From: Alphaproteobacteria bacterium
GTDB lineage: Bacteria > Pseudomonadota > Alphaproteobacteria > UBA828
Direction of reading: 5' to 3'
Assembly (NCBI GenBank): GCA_965220745.1
Contig: CBDCQT010000006.1
Location: 79,730-143,729 of the forward strand
DNA length: 64,000 nt
Both the position numbers and the translations under genes were made by a program. Of the stretch, positions 38,545 to 48,800 are shown piece by piece (within the stretch, counting starts at the first letter, position 1; each line of letters starts with the position of its first letter). Below the pieces are notes generated by a model that did no database searches, was not told the DNA's origin, and worked only from the letters and a program-made list of their open reading frames with translations.

Positions 38545-38979
38545 TCAGCTTCCGGATAGATCGTGGTTGATTTGCCAGTTCACGCCGAACCTGTCGGTGA
38601 GAGATCCGAAATAGGAGCCCCAGAAAGTGTCCTGCAGGGGCATCGTCACCGATCCGCCGTCCGACAGCCTCGCGAACGTGCTGTCGGCCTCTTCCCGGCT
38701 GCCCGCGTGGACAGTGATGGAAAAATTGTTGCCGATCACGGCGGGCGGCCCGAAGGTCGGGGCAGTGTCGCTGCCCATCAGGACGCTGGAGCCGACAGGC
38801 AGCGAAACGTGCATGATGCGGTCCAGATATTCCTCCGGCACGCCCATCTCCGGCGGACCGTCCCTAAACGTCTGGACTATCCGGAAGTCGCCCCCGAGGG
38901 CCGAGCGATAGAACTCGAAGGCCTCGCGGCAATTGCCGTCGAACTTGAGATAAGTGTCGAGCTTCATGGTTGCTTCCAT
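38545..38979 (-). CDS. VOC/PhnB family protein
   Basis: YLKFDGNCREAFEFY, IMHVSL..LMGSD, MPLQDTFWGSYFGSLTDRFGVNW. Confidence 0.9.
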   Translation of the reverse strand: MEATMKLDTYLKFDGNCREAFEFYRSALGGDFRIVQTFRDGPPEMGVPEEYLDRIMHVSLPVGSSVLMGSDTAPTFGPPAVIGNNFSITVHAGSREEADSTFARLSDGGSVTMPLQDTFWGSYFGSLTDRFGVNWQINHDLSGS

Positions 38980-39224
38980 CGTCGCATGAGCCGCTCTCGC
39001 CTTTTGTGCGGGCCACGGGCGTCGTGCCGATTCTTGCTTCGGGGGGGCAGCCCGGGATGGGCCGGAATTCGTTCCGGCATCGAACCGGAGGAACCCACGA
39101 ACGTCTCGGGTGCCCGATTACGCGCGGCTACCTAGCCTTCTTGTGCTTCGACGGCAGGCCCGCGAGCGGCTGAGATCCCTGCTTCCGGAATTGGACTACG
39201 CGTGCGCGGCGCTGGGGCGGGGCA

Positions 39225-40226
39225 TCACTCCGCGCGCGCATCCGCCCTGTCCTCAGCCCGGGCGCCGCTGAGAGCGTTGACCATCGCGTAGTTCCCCTCG
39301 TGACAGGCGTACTCGTAAATCTTGTAGTCGGTCAGGCGCGGCATGGACCGCACGGCGCTCCAAGGCTGCGTATAGGTCGCAGGATCATCGATGGAGAATT
39401 CGTTGAGGATCGTGTCTTCAGCGACCCGCGTGAAGCGTTCCACCGCTCGCAGGTCCTTGGACGACGGGAACCGGTGGTGCGTCTTGTCGCTGAAGTTGCC
39501 GGTCTCTACAACCAGCGTGTCACCCTCCCAGCGACCGCGCGAATCGCCGTTCCACTGGCGGATGTGTTCGCCCAGGCGCGGCCGCCCGTCGAGCGGGATG
39601 ATGCGCACGTCGTGGATGTTCTCGACCAAGATCGCCACGTAGTCTGGCGTCTGGACGATCAGATAGGTGTTGTTGTATCCGGTGGACACCGGCGGTACGC
39701 CGTGGTACGTGATGCACCGCATCCAAGGGGTGAAGTTGAGCCACGAGTCGGGCCGCCCGCTATAGCGACGCGACCTGTCGGCGGCTCGCGCCTTCCCTTG
39801 CGGCGTTAGCGGGGGCAGGCGTCCGTTGGGCGGATCGACGATCAGCGAGGTCCGCGAACTCGGGTCCACGCGCCCCTTGTCGAACCAGTGCGCGTTGTAG
39901 GAACCGATCACTCCAGGGACATGCGGGCGCTCCGCATGGGCCGCCTCGTTGCGGGCGACGGCCTCTTCCGCGGTAAAGAACTCCCGCTCGCGAAACTGGG
40001 TCGGCCGCTGGAGCGGCGTGAGCGAGGCGTAGGACCAAGTGCCTCGCAGGTCCGGGTCGCCCCACGCAGTGCGCGGCATCTCCCATGCCTCGCGGCTTGC
40101 CTGATCTCCGGCTGCGGGCGCCGGCTCGGCCGCGGCGGATTGAGCGCCTAGCGGCGCGGCCGCCAGCCAAGTCGCCAAGACGGGCAGCAAGAAGGCGCGG
40201 TGTGCGGCAGAGGGAAGGCTGTTCAT
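39225..40226 (-). CDS. Secreted hypothetical protein (family common in Acidobacteria)
   Basis: Signal peptide, PRTAWGDPDLRGTW, GDSRGRWEGDTLVVET, YEYACHEGNY. Confidence 0.75.
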   Translation of the reverse strand: MNSLPSAAHRAFLLPVLATWLAAAPLGAQSAAAEPAPAAGDQASREAWEMPRTAWGDPDLRGTWSYASLTPLQRPTQFREREFFTAEEAVARNEAAHAERPHVPGVIGSYNAHWFDKGRVDPSSRTSLIVDPPNGRLPPLTPQGKARAADRSRRYSGRPDSWLNFTPWMRCITYHGVPPVSTGYNNTYLIVQTPDYVAILVENIHDVRIIPLDGRPRLGEHIRQWNGDSRGRWEGDTLVVETGNFSDKTHHRFPSSKDLRAVERFTRVAEDTILNEFSIDDPATYTQPWSAVRSMPRLTDYKIYEYACHEGNYAMVNALSGARAEDRADARAE

Positions 40227-40374
40227 GAGATCCTGCCAGATTGCATCCAGAGTTTCGCACCAGCGGAGGCGGGTTTGCAAGGGCTTGAGAGCAACCCAGC
40301 AAGATCGAACTGTCCGCGCCGGGCCACTGCCACGATGTTGGAATGATGGCAGCCGATCGGCTGTCCCGGCGATG

Positions 40375-41154
40375 CTACGCGGCCGGAGCCGCTGGCGGGG
40401 CTGCCTTGGTACTGCGACTGCCGGACGCTGCCCGATCGTCCGTGGGCCCGATGACCAGCACGAATTCGCCCTTTTGTGACGGCCGGGCCGACAGCGCCTC
40501 GAGAACGGAGTTGGCCGGCCCGCGCAGGACTTCCTCGTGCAGCTTGGTCAGTTCCCGGGCTATGGCGATCCTGCGCGAGCCCCCCAGCAGCTCGCAGGTG
40601 TCGGCCACCGCCGCGAGGATGCGGTGCGGTGCTTCGTAGAAGACGGTCGAGCTGTCGGATCGTTCTAGCGATCGGATCGCCGCTCTGCGCTTCGCGCTCT
40701 TCGATGGCAGAAAGCCCTTGAACGCGAAGTCGTGAGAGGGCAGCCCCGAGACGGACAGCGCCGCCACGGCGGCGCTGGGACCTGGAACGGGCACGACCCG
40801 GACCCCGCGATCGATGGCGGCCCGAACTACCCGAAAACCCGGATCCGCGATCAGGGGCGTGCCCGCGTCGCTGACCAGCGCGATGGATTCTCCGGCCGCG
40901 GCGCGTTCGGCCAATTCGGTCGCGCGCCGGGCCTCGTTGTGATCGTGGCAGCTGACCAGCGGCTTGCTGATCTGGAAGTGCTTCAACAGGCGGCCGGTGC
41001 GGCGCGTGTCCTCGCAGGCGACGAGGCTGACTTCGCCCAGGATCCGCAACGCGCGCAAGGTGATGTCTTCTAGGTTGCCGAGCGGCGTGGCGACCAAATA
41101 GATCACGCCCGCTGCGGCGGCTCCCCCGCTCTGCCCTGCGTCAAGATTGCTCAC
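40375..41154 (-). CDS. rsmI: 16S rRNA (cytidine1402-2'-O)-methyltransferase
   Basis: IYLVATPLGNLEDITLRA, ACEDTR, LVSDAGTPLIADPG, FYEAPHR, ARELTKLHEE; GTGA overlap with the upstream stop. Confidence 0.93.
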   Translation of the reverse strand: MSNLDAGQSGGAAAAGVIYLVATPLGNLEDITLRALRILGEVSLVACEDTRRTGRLLKHFQISKPLVSCHDHNEARRATELAERAAAGESIALVSDAGTPLIADPGFRVVRAAIDRGVRVVPVPGPSAAVAALSVSGLPSHDFAFKGFLPSKSAKRRAAIRSLERSDSSTVFYEAPHRILAAVADTCELLGGSRRIAIARELTKLHEEVLRGPANSVLEALSARPSQKGEFVLVIGPTDDRAASGSRSTKAAPPAAPAA

Positions 41155-41963
41155 GGCCGTGCGGACAGCGAGTTGGAGAAGAGCCACTGCAGCATCTCGG
41201 GCTCTGTGTCGCAGCGGTCGCTGCTGCACTTGGTGCTGCCGTTGTCGCCGCCGGAGACCATCTTTCCTCCCACGCTATGGGCATCCCCGACCCAGGTTGT
41301 CAGCTTGAAGTTGCCGCCGAGCTGCGTCATCGTGGCGAACAGCTTCTCCGCGCGTTCGTACGGGGCAACGGTGTCACCGTCCCCGTGAAACGCCCAGATC
41401 GGCACGTCCTTAATCAGGGACGCGTCGATGAATTCGTCGTGCTCACCGCGGCCTGTCCCCGCCGAAGGTGACGCCGCGGCGAAGTAGGCGGGATCGAGCT
41501 GCAGCAGGATAAACGATCCGTGCCCGCCCATCGAATGCCCCAGCAGGTAGATCCTGTCTAGATCGGCAGCAGGCAGCGAGGCGACGATCGCCTTGATCTT
41601 CTCCAGGTGCGCGGCATCCCAGATTCGCGTTGACTGCGGTGCAAGCACATAGCTCGGGTATTGCTTCCGCCTTGCCTCGTCGGCTAGGAGCCCGGTCCAG
41701 GCCCGCAGCTGTCTGCGGTTGTCCGTGCCCCTGCCGGCGCCGCCGTGCAACGACACGATGACCGGATAGAGCTTGCCGTCGTCGACCGTGAGTGGCCGCA
41801 TGAGGCGGTACGGCATCTCCTCGTCAGCGTGAGGCTCGTAATTGTCGATCCAAGCCGCCGCGCCCGCGTCCTCCGGTGCCTGCGCGCTCGCTAGCGAGGC
41901 GCTCGCTGCGAGAAAGGCGGCTGCCGCAGCCGAGAAGATTCGGATCAGAATCTGATTGTGCAT
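41151..41963 (-). CDS. Secreted alpha/beta hydrolase (predicted peptidase/esterase)
   Basis: Signal peptide, SLHGGAG, GHSMGG, WAFHGDGD. Confidence 0.85.
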   Translation of the reverse strand: MHNQILIRIFSAAAAAFLAASASLASAQAPEDAGAAAWIDNYEPHADEEMPYRLMRPLTVDDGKLYPVIVSLHGGAGRGTDNRRQLRAWTGLLADEARRKQYPSYVLAPQSTRIWDAAHLEKIKAIVASLPAADLDRIYLLGHSMGGHGSFILLQLDPAYFAAASPSAGTGRGEHDEFIDASLIKDVPIWAFHGDGDTVAPYERAEKLFATMTQLGGNFKLTTWVGDAHSVGGKMVSGGDNGSTKCSSDRCDTEPEMLQWLFSNSLSARP

Positions 41964-42132
41964 GTGGGGCTCCTAGACGCGCTTGGCCCAATCATACGCT
42001 TGGTCGGGGCCTTTGACCTCTACATATATGGCGGGCGGCCGCGGTGACTGTGGGCGCTGCCGGCAAGTCCGGCGGGCGTTTCCGCTGCGCGGCTGCACCG
42101 GCCGACCATGCCGGATCGGCCCCGTCCCGGGC

Positions 42133-43581
42133 CTACCCTTCGAATCCCCCGGCCTGCTCGAATGCGTGGCCGAGGTTCAGCATCGTCTGCTCTTGGAAGT
42201 GGTTGGTCAGGATCTGCATGCCGACCGGCAGCCCTTCCCGGGTCGTGCCGCAAGGCACGCTCATCCCGGCGATGCCTGCCAAGCTGCCCGTGATGGTATA
42301 GATGTCCGACAGGTACATTTGCAGCGGGTCGCTGGCCTTCTCGCCGAGCTTGAACGCGGGAAACGGTGAGACCGGCGTGATGATCGCGTCGACTGTCTCG
42401 AACGCTTCCGCAAAATCCCGCGCGATCAGCGCGCGAACTTCCTGCGCCTTGCGGTAGTAGGCGTCGTAGTAGCCGGAACTGAGCACGTACGTGCCGAGAA
42501 TGATCCGGCGCGTCACCTCCGGGCCAAAGCCCTCGGCCCGGGAGTTGCGGTACATCTCGCGCAGCGTGCCGGAGCCCTCCGAACGGCGCGAGTACCGCAC
42601 GCCGTCGTACCGCGCCAGGTTGGAACTCGCCTCGGCCGTGCAAATCAGGTAATAGCTCGCGATCGCGTACCGAGTGTGGGGCAGGCTGATCTCTACGGGC
42701 TCGCAGCCCAGGCCTCGCAGCAGGTCCACGCCAGCCTGCACCTTGGTCCCCACCGCGTGCTCTAGGCCTTCGCCGTAGTACTCCTTCGGAATGCCGATCT
42801 TCAGCCCCCGCACCTGCGTGTTCAGTTCGCCCGCGTAATCAGGCACCGGCGCGCTGGCTGCCGTCGAATCCAAGGGGTCCGGGCCGGCAATGGTCCCCAG
42901 CAGCAGGGCCGAGTCCTTGACGGTCCGGGAAAACGGGCCGATGTGGTCCAGCGAGCTTGCGAACGCCACCAAGCCATAGCGCGACACGCGGCCGTAGGTG
43001 GGCATGATGCCCACGGCTCCGCAGAACGATGCCGGCTGGCGGATCGAGCCGCCGGTGTCGGAGCCGAGCGAGATCGGCGCGTAGCCGCCCGCGACAGCGG
43101 CCGCCGACCCGCCGCTCGAACCGCCCGGAACCCGATCCGGCGCAGCCGGATTGCGCACGGGGAAGAATGCCGAGTTCTCATTCGACGAGCCCATTGCGAA
43201 TTCGTCGCAGTTTGTCTTGCCGACGATCACGGCCCCGGCTCGCTCGACCCGTTCGATGGCCGTGGCGTCGTAGGGCGCCACAAATCGCTCCAGCGCGCGC
43301 GACGCACAGGTGGTCTTCTCGCCCCGGGTCATGATCACGTCCTTGACCGCCAGCGGCACGCCGGCCAGGGGACCGATCTCCGCTCCGGCGGAAAGCTCGG
43401 CGTCGACCCTGTCAGCGGCTGCCAGGGCACGCTCCGGGGTGAAGCTGAGGTACACGCCCGAGGCCCGGTTCTCGGCTTCGGCCACGCGCAGGGCCTCTCG
43501 CGCCAGCTCGCGCGCGCTGAAGCGCTTGGCCCGCAGCCCGGCCCCGATCGAGTCGACGGTCAGTTGCTTGAAGTCGTCCAT
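42133..43581 (-). CDS. gatA: Asp/Glu-tRNA amidotransferase subunit A
   Basis: GKTNCDEFAMGSS, PGGSSGGS, GSDTGGSIRQPA, SSNLARYDG, RRIILGTYVLSSGYYDAYY. Confidence 0.96.
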   Translation of the reverse strand: MDDFKQLTVDSIGAGLRAKRFSARELAREALRVAEAENRASGVYLSFTPERALAAADRVDAELSAGAEIGPLAGVPLAVKDVIMTRGEKTTCASRALERFVAPYDATAIERVERAGAVIVGKTNCDEFAMGSSNENSAFFPVRNPAAPDRVPGGSSGGSAAAVAGGYAPISLGSDTGGSIRQPASFCGAVGIMPTYGRVSRYGLVAFASSLDHIGPFSRTVKDSALLLGTIAGPDPLDSTAASAPVPDYAGELNTQVRGLKIGIPKEYYGEGLEHAVGTKVQAGVDLLRGLGCEPVEISLPHTRYAIASYYLICTAEASSNLARYDGVRYSRRSEGSGTLREMYRNSRAEGFGPEVTRRIILGTYVLSSGYYDAYYRKAQEVRALIARDFAEAFETVDAIITPVSPFPAFKLGEKASDPLQMYLSDIYTITGSLAGIAGMSVPCGTTREGLPVGMQILTNHFQEQTMLNLGHAFEQAGGFEG

Positions 43582-43589
43582 CTCGTCCC

Positions 43590-43886
43590 TCAGCGCTCGA
43601 TCACGCGCGGCACCTTGAAGTGGCCCTCGCCCGGCAGGGGCGCGCACCGCAGGGCGGTCTGTTGGTCAAAGCTCCGGCCTTGCTCGTCCGTCCGCAGTTG
43701 CGCGGCGTTGCCCTCGTGCAGGACTTGGGCCATCGGCTCGACTCCGCTGGTGTCCAGCTCGTTGAGCTGGTCGACGTACGAGAGGATCTCTTCGAGGTCC
43801 CGGGTGTAGCGCTCGATGTCGGCCCCGCTGAGGCGCAGGTTGGCCAGCGCGGCGATGTGTTGGACTTCTTCCGGTGTGATCTTCAT
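43590..43886 (-). CDS. gatC: Asp/Glu-tRNA amidotransferase subunit C
   Basis: ITPEEVQHIAALANL, ELDTSGVEPM, FKVPRVI; upstream of gatA. Confidence 0.95.
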   Translation of the reverse strand: MKITPEEVQHIAALANLRLSGADIERYTRDLEEILSYVDQLNELDTSGVEPMAQVLHEGNAAQLRTDEQGRSFDQQTALRCAPLPGEGHFKVPRVIER

Positions 43887-44245
43887 GACTTGCGTCGGCG
43901 CCCCGCTGTGCCCTTCGGCGGACGCCGGGAGATTGGCTTGCGCGGGCGCGCGGGCTCTTCGGGCGCCTCCAGCTGGAACTCGATCCGGGTCACTGCCCTG
44001 GATCCCGTTTCCTGCTGGAGCAGCGAAACGATCTGCCGCTGCATCGGTCCGAACTCTTCCAGCCAGGCCGCGTCCGAGACCTGCACGAACAGGGTGGGGG
44101 GCCGCACTCGGACCGGCTCGGAGTGGCTCGCCAGCAGCGGGCCGACCGCCTCGGGCCAGTAGGCCCTGATCAAGTCCAGCTGCCAGCGGACGGTGTCGGG
44201 CGTGCCTTGGAACAATCGGGGAAGGATGCTCTTGGCCTGCTCCAT
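43883..44245 (-). CDS. DUF721 (DciA-like) protein
   Basis: WPEAVGPLLASHSEP..LFVQVSDAAW; ATGA overlap with gatC. Confidence 0.8.
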   Translation of the reverse strand: MEQAKSILPRLFQGTPDTVRWQLDLIRAYWPEAVGPLLASHSEPVRVRPPTLFVQVSDAAWLEEFGPMQRQIVSLLQQETGSRAVTRIEFQLEAPEEPARPRKPISRRPPKGTAGRRRKS

Positions 44246-44268
44246 CCGCGCCTGCTAGGCCATTCTAT

Positions 44269-44450
44269 GGGAATTATGTACGAAAGTGGCGAAACACCAT
44301 CGCACACGGTTCTGGCACAACGCACGGCGCAACCGCCCGCGTTAGCGTGCCGCCGGGAACGGTCTTCACCGCATTTCCCGCCCGACATTCACCGTTTGGC
44401 TTCATGACTACAGGATAACATCCCTAGCGCCACTTTCGTACATGATTCCG
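44269..44450. mobile_element. 182-bp MITE of IS1595 type
   Basis: TIRs GGGAATTATGTACGAAAGTGGCG / CGCCACTTTCGTACATGATTCCG; 8-bp flanking repeat CATTCTAT / CACTCTAT. Confidence 0.8.
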
Positions 44451-44581
44451 CACTCTATCGCAGCCTTTGCCGCGCCGCCTCGAAGGCCGCGGGGCGCGGA
44501 GCGGATTCTGCGCGCCGGGCGACTTCCGTATAATGAAAGGGCCAGCCGGGCGAAACCATCGGTTTTGCTTGGCCGTTCGCC

Positions 44582-44941
44582 ATGAAACTGCATTCTTGGA
44601 GTCAGGTTGCGTCGGAGGATCTCAGCGCGACGGTCGCGCGGCGCGTTATCCACAGCGAGCGCATGACCACCGCGCGGATCCGTTTGAAGAAAGGTGCCGT
44701 GGTGCCGCGTCACAGCCACGAGAACGAGCAGATCAGCCATGTCCTCGAGGGATCGGTGCTGTTCCAGTTCGACGATCGCGAGATCACTGCCAGGGCCGGA
44801 GACTTGGTGGAGATCGCTTCTCACGAGCCTCACCGCGTGGAGGCCCTCGAGGACTCGCTGGCGATGGATGTCTTCCAGCCCGTGCGGCAGGACTGGATCC
44901 AAGGCGACGATGGCTACCTCAGGAATCCCTCAGGTTCCTGA
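44582..44941 (+). CDS. Cupin domain protein
   Basis: PRHSHENEQ and EPHRV cupin motifs, DVFQPVRQDW. Confidence 0.9.
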   Translation: MKLHSWSQVASEDLSATVARRVIHSERMTTARIRLKKGAVVPRHSHENEQISHVLEGSVLFQFDDREITARAGDLVEIASHEPHRVEALEDSLAMDVFQPVRQDWIQGDDGYLRNPSGS

Positions 44942-45033
44942 TCGCGTAATTCAGTAAGGACTGCGGAAACTCAGCGCCCCTGCCGCCTCAGTCGCGGCCG
45001 CATAGATCGCGCGGCGATTGCAACAACGAAGCT

Positions 45034-45822
45034 ATGGACTTGGGAATTCAGGATCGGGTGGCGATCGTCACCGCCGCCAGCCGCGGCATGGGCAAGGCGA
45101 TCGCGGAAGCGCTGGCGGCCGAGGGCTGCAAGTTGGCCATCTGCTCGCGCGATTCGAGCGCCATCGCCGCAGCCGCCGAGGAGATTCGCGGCGGGCACGG
45201 GACGGCGGTCTTCCACAAGGCCGTAGACGTGAGCGACATCGATGCCCTGCGGGCCTTCGTGGCAGAGGCGCGCGCAGCCCTGGGGCCGGTCAGCATTGCC
45301 GTCGCCAATGCCGGCGGCCCGCCCGGCGGCCGCTTCGAGAATTTCGGCGCCGAGGACTGGCAGGCCGCTTTCCGCCTCAATTTCCTGAGCACCTGGGCCC
45401 TGATCGAGTCCGTCCTGCCCGACATGCGGGCCCAGCGCTGGGGACGCGTGGTCTCGCTGACCTCGACGTCGGTGCGGCAGCCGATCGAGGGCTTGATCCT
45501 GTCCAACGGAGTGCGCGCCAGCGTGGTCGGCATGCTCAAGACACTTGCCGCTGAATACGGGCCGGAGAACATCCTCTTCAACAACGCCGGTCCCGGATTG
45601 ATCGCGACCGACCGCCTGCTCAGCATCGCGCAGCGGCGGGCTGACGCCGCCGGGATCGGCCGGGACGAGATGATCGAGCGGCTCGCCAGCCAGACGGCGC
45701 TGCGCAGGGTCGGCCAGCCGCAAGAGTTCGCCGCCGCGGTGGCGTTCCTGTGCTCCGAGCGGGCGAGCTACGTCACGGGCTCGTCCTTGATGATCGATGG
45801 CGGCTTGGTGAAGGCAGTCTGA
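45034..45822 (+). CDS. SDR family oxidoreductase
   Basis: VTAASRGMG, NAGGPPGG, GPGLIATDR, SYVTGSSLMIDGG. Confidence 0.92.
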   Translation: MDLGIQDRVAIVTAASRGMGKAIAEALAAEGCKLAICSRDSSAIAAAAEEIRGGHGTAVFHKAVDVSDIDALRAFVAEARAALGPVSIAVANAGGPPGGRFENFGAEDWQAAFRLNFLSTWALIESVLPDMRAQRWGRVVSLTSTSVRQPIEGLILSNGVRASVVGMLKTLAAEYGPENILFNNAGPGLIATDRLLSIAQRRADAAGIGRDEMIERLASQTALRRVGQPQEFAAAVAFLCSERASYVTGSSLMIDGGLVKAV

Positions 45823-45833
45823 AACGGGGCGGG

Positions 45834-48800
45834 ATGAGCGTGGAGCGATTCAAGGTGCGGGTCTTGGCTGCGCTGGCGGGCGCCCTGGCGCTGGCACTGG
45901 CTTTGGCGCCGGGTCAGGTTCCGGTCCAGATCAGCGCCAGCGGGCCGCAGTGGGTGAACAACCACGGCGCGCGGCTGATCATCGGCCAGAAGAGCTTCAC
46001 CCGCCAGGATCCGATCTCCAGCCGCGAGGTGCTTGGGGCGGCGCAAGGCGTCGCGTACGTGGGCAACCGGCTCTTCGTGGCCGATGGCAACCGGCTCGGC
46101 GCGCGCCCGGTCAACAACCGCATCCTGATCTACAACAACGTCGACGGCTTCGTGCCGGAGCCCGACCTGCTGCTGCCCCAAGACTCGCTCTGCCCGGCTT
46201 GCGTCGGGCTCCCGGACATCGTGCTGGGGCAGCCCGACTTCGACACCACCGCGTCTTCGGACTTGCCCGACGTGGCCGGCCTCAACAATCCATCCGCCGT
46301 GCACAGCGACGGAGTCGTCTTGGCGGTCGCCGACACCAACAACAACCGCGTCCTGCTGTGGAACCCGATCCCGGCTGTCAATGGCGCGCCTCCGGACGTC
46401 GTGCTCGGCCAGTCCGATTTCAGCGGTTTCTCTCCAGAGACCTCGGCCACCGGCATGCGCGGGCCGCAGGGCGTTTGGCTCGATGGCGGCCGCCTGTTCG
46501 TGGCCGACACCCAAAACAGCCGGATCCTGATCTGGAACACGATCCCGACCTCGAACGGCCAGGCGCCGGACCTCGTCCTGGGCCAGCCCGACCTGGACAC
46601 GCGGCACGAGGCGGACCTGACCCAGGGCGTCTACGATCCGGACGACAAGCACCTGCTCGACCCGGTCAGCGTGACAGTCTCGCAGGGGCGCCTGTTCGTC
46701 GCCGATCTGGGCTTCAACCGGATCATGATCTATCACGCGGTGCCGACGCAGAGCTTTGCCAGCGCGGACGTGGTGATCGGGCAGCCCGACTTCGCCTCCA
46801 GCGAGCCCAACAACGCCGCTGCGCTCTGCGATCCGATCGGGCCGCTCGACGACGACGGAAGTCGCAGCGAGAACGAGACCCCCCCGACCAACGTACCGCT
46901 GGTGATCCCGCTGCCTCCCCAGCGCCCGGAGCTGGATCCCGACGAGGTGCGCTACCCGCGCCGGTGCGCCGGGACGCTGAACTTCCCGCGCTTCGCGCTG
47001 GTCGTGGACGAGCGTCTGTTCGTGGCCGACGCGGGCAACGACCGCATCTTGGTCTACAACCAGATCCCGACTGCGCACGGCGCCAAGGCCGACTTGGTGA
47101 TCGGCCAGCCGAACTTCGTGCAGCTCACCGAGTCCGAGGGGCCGGGGAGCATCCGCTCGCCGGCGGCCATGGCCTATGACGGCCAGAATCTTTTCGTCGC
47201 CGATCCCTTCACGCGCCGCGTCTTGGTCTTCACGCCGGGCGGGGACATGATCGATCTCAACGGTGTTCGCAACTCCGCGGCCGTCAGCATCCGCAGCCGC
47301 GGGCACCTGGAGTTCGACCAGAACCTGCCGGTGGACATTTCCGACACGCCCGAGGACGAATCCCGGCAGGCGCCCGTGCTGCCAGGCGGCGAGGAGATCA
47401 AGATCACCCTGGACGGCTCGGAGCTTTTCTATACGACTGTCGAAGGCGAGACGGCCGAGAATGTCCGCGACAAGGTCGTGAGCATGATCAACGCCGACCC
47501 GAACCTGGCGGTGACGGCAGCGCCCGGGCTGGGCGTCGGACGCCATGCCACGGGCGAGATCCGCTTCGGGGGCGAGGCGCGCGCTGGCGACGAGGTGACG
47601 CTGGACATCAACGGTCGCAAGTACTCCTACGTCGTGCCCGAGGGCGACATCCCGGAGCGATTCGTCGACCGGCTGAATTTCTTGGTGGATAACGCGGACG
47701 ACCCCGAGGTGATCGTCGAGCGTCGGATCGACCAGATCGAGACGCTCGAGATCGTCCATCGGGAGGTGGGCCCGATCGGCAACAGCCTGCCGTTCTCGAT
47801 CAGCATCACTCCCGGCTCGCCCACGACGGCCGAGGTGACCGGTCCCACGCTTTCTCGCGGCACGGTCAGCTATCGTGCAAGCCTGCGCGCCAAGCGCGAG
47901 GGTCCGACCGGCAACTGGATCAGCGTGGAGGTGCGCAACGCCGGCAGCGAGCTGCAGACCAGCACCTCGGGGTCCCGGCTGACCGGCGGATCGGACGCCC
48001 GGGACATGCCGCCCGGGACGATTGCGTCGATCTTCGGAAGAGACTTGGCGAGCGAGACCGCCAGCGTCTGGGAGCGCACCTCGCTGCCAGCCCGGCCCGA
48101 AGAGGGCCTTCCGACCGATCTCGCAGGCGTGCAGGTACTCGCCAACGGCCGCCTGGCGCCGCTGCTGATGGTCTCGCCGACGCAGATCAATTTCCAGATT
48201 CCGTGGGAACTCGAGGGCACGGGCCACAGCTTCTACGTGCGGCGCGCCATGCCCGACGGCAGCGTGCGCGTCTCGGCCGCCAAGGCCACGCAGTCCGTGC
48301 GTGCCGGGCCGGGCTTGTTCGCGATTGAGGGCCCGGAGCCGCGCCACGGCATCGCCGTCCACGCAACTGGCGTTGCGGAGGGCTCGATCGCAGTGACGGT
48401 GCCCGACCGGCCCCGCGACGACGATCCGAACAACGACGCCACCGAGAACCGCCAGCTGACCCAGGAGGGCGCGGAGGGCCGGATCGTCATCAATGGCCGG
48501 GAGTACTACTACCGCTCGCCCGGGGACGAGAGCCCCGAGGCCATGCGCGACAACTTCATCGAGCTGATCAACGCGGGCGACGGCGATCCGGACGTGATCG
48601 CCGAAGCGGGCACGAGAAGCTTCTTCTCCGCCCGCGCCGATTTGGAGTTCGAGGGCGAGCCCAAGGCGGGCGACACGGTGTCGGTCACCGTGCGGGACCG
48701 CACTTACAGCTATACGCTCACCGAGCAGGACGTTGCAGATCCGGAAATCGCGCTCTTGATCATGCGCAACATCCTGGTGCGCTCGATCAATTCCGGCGTC

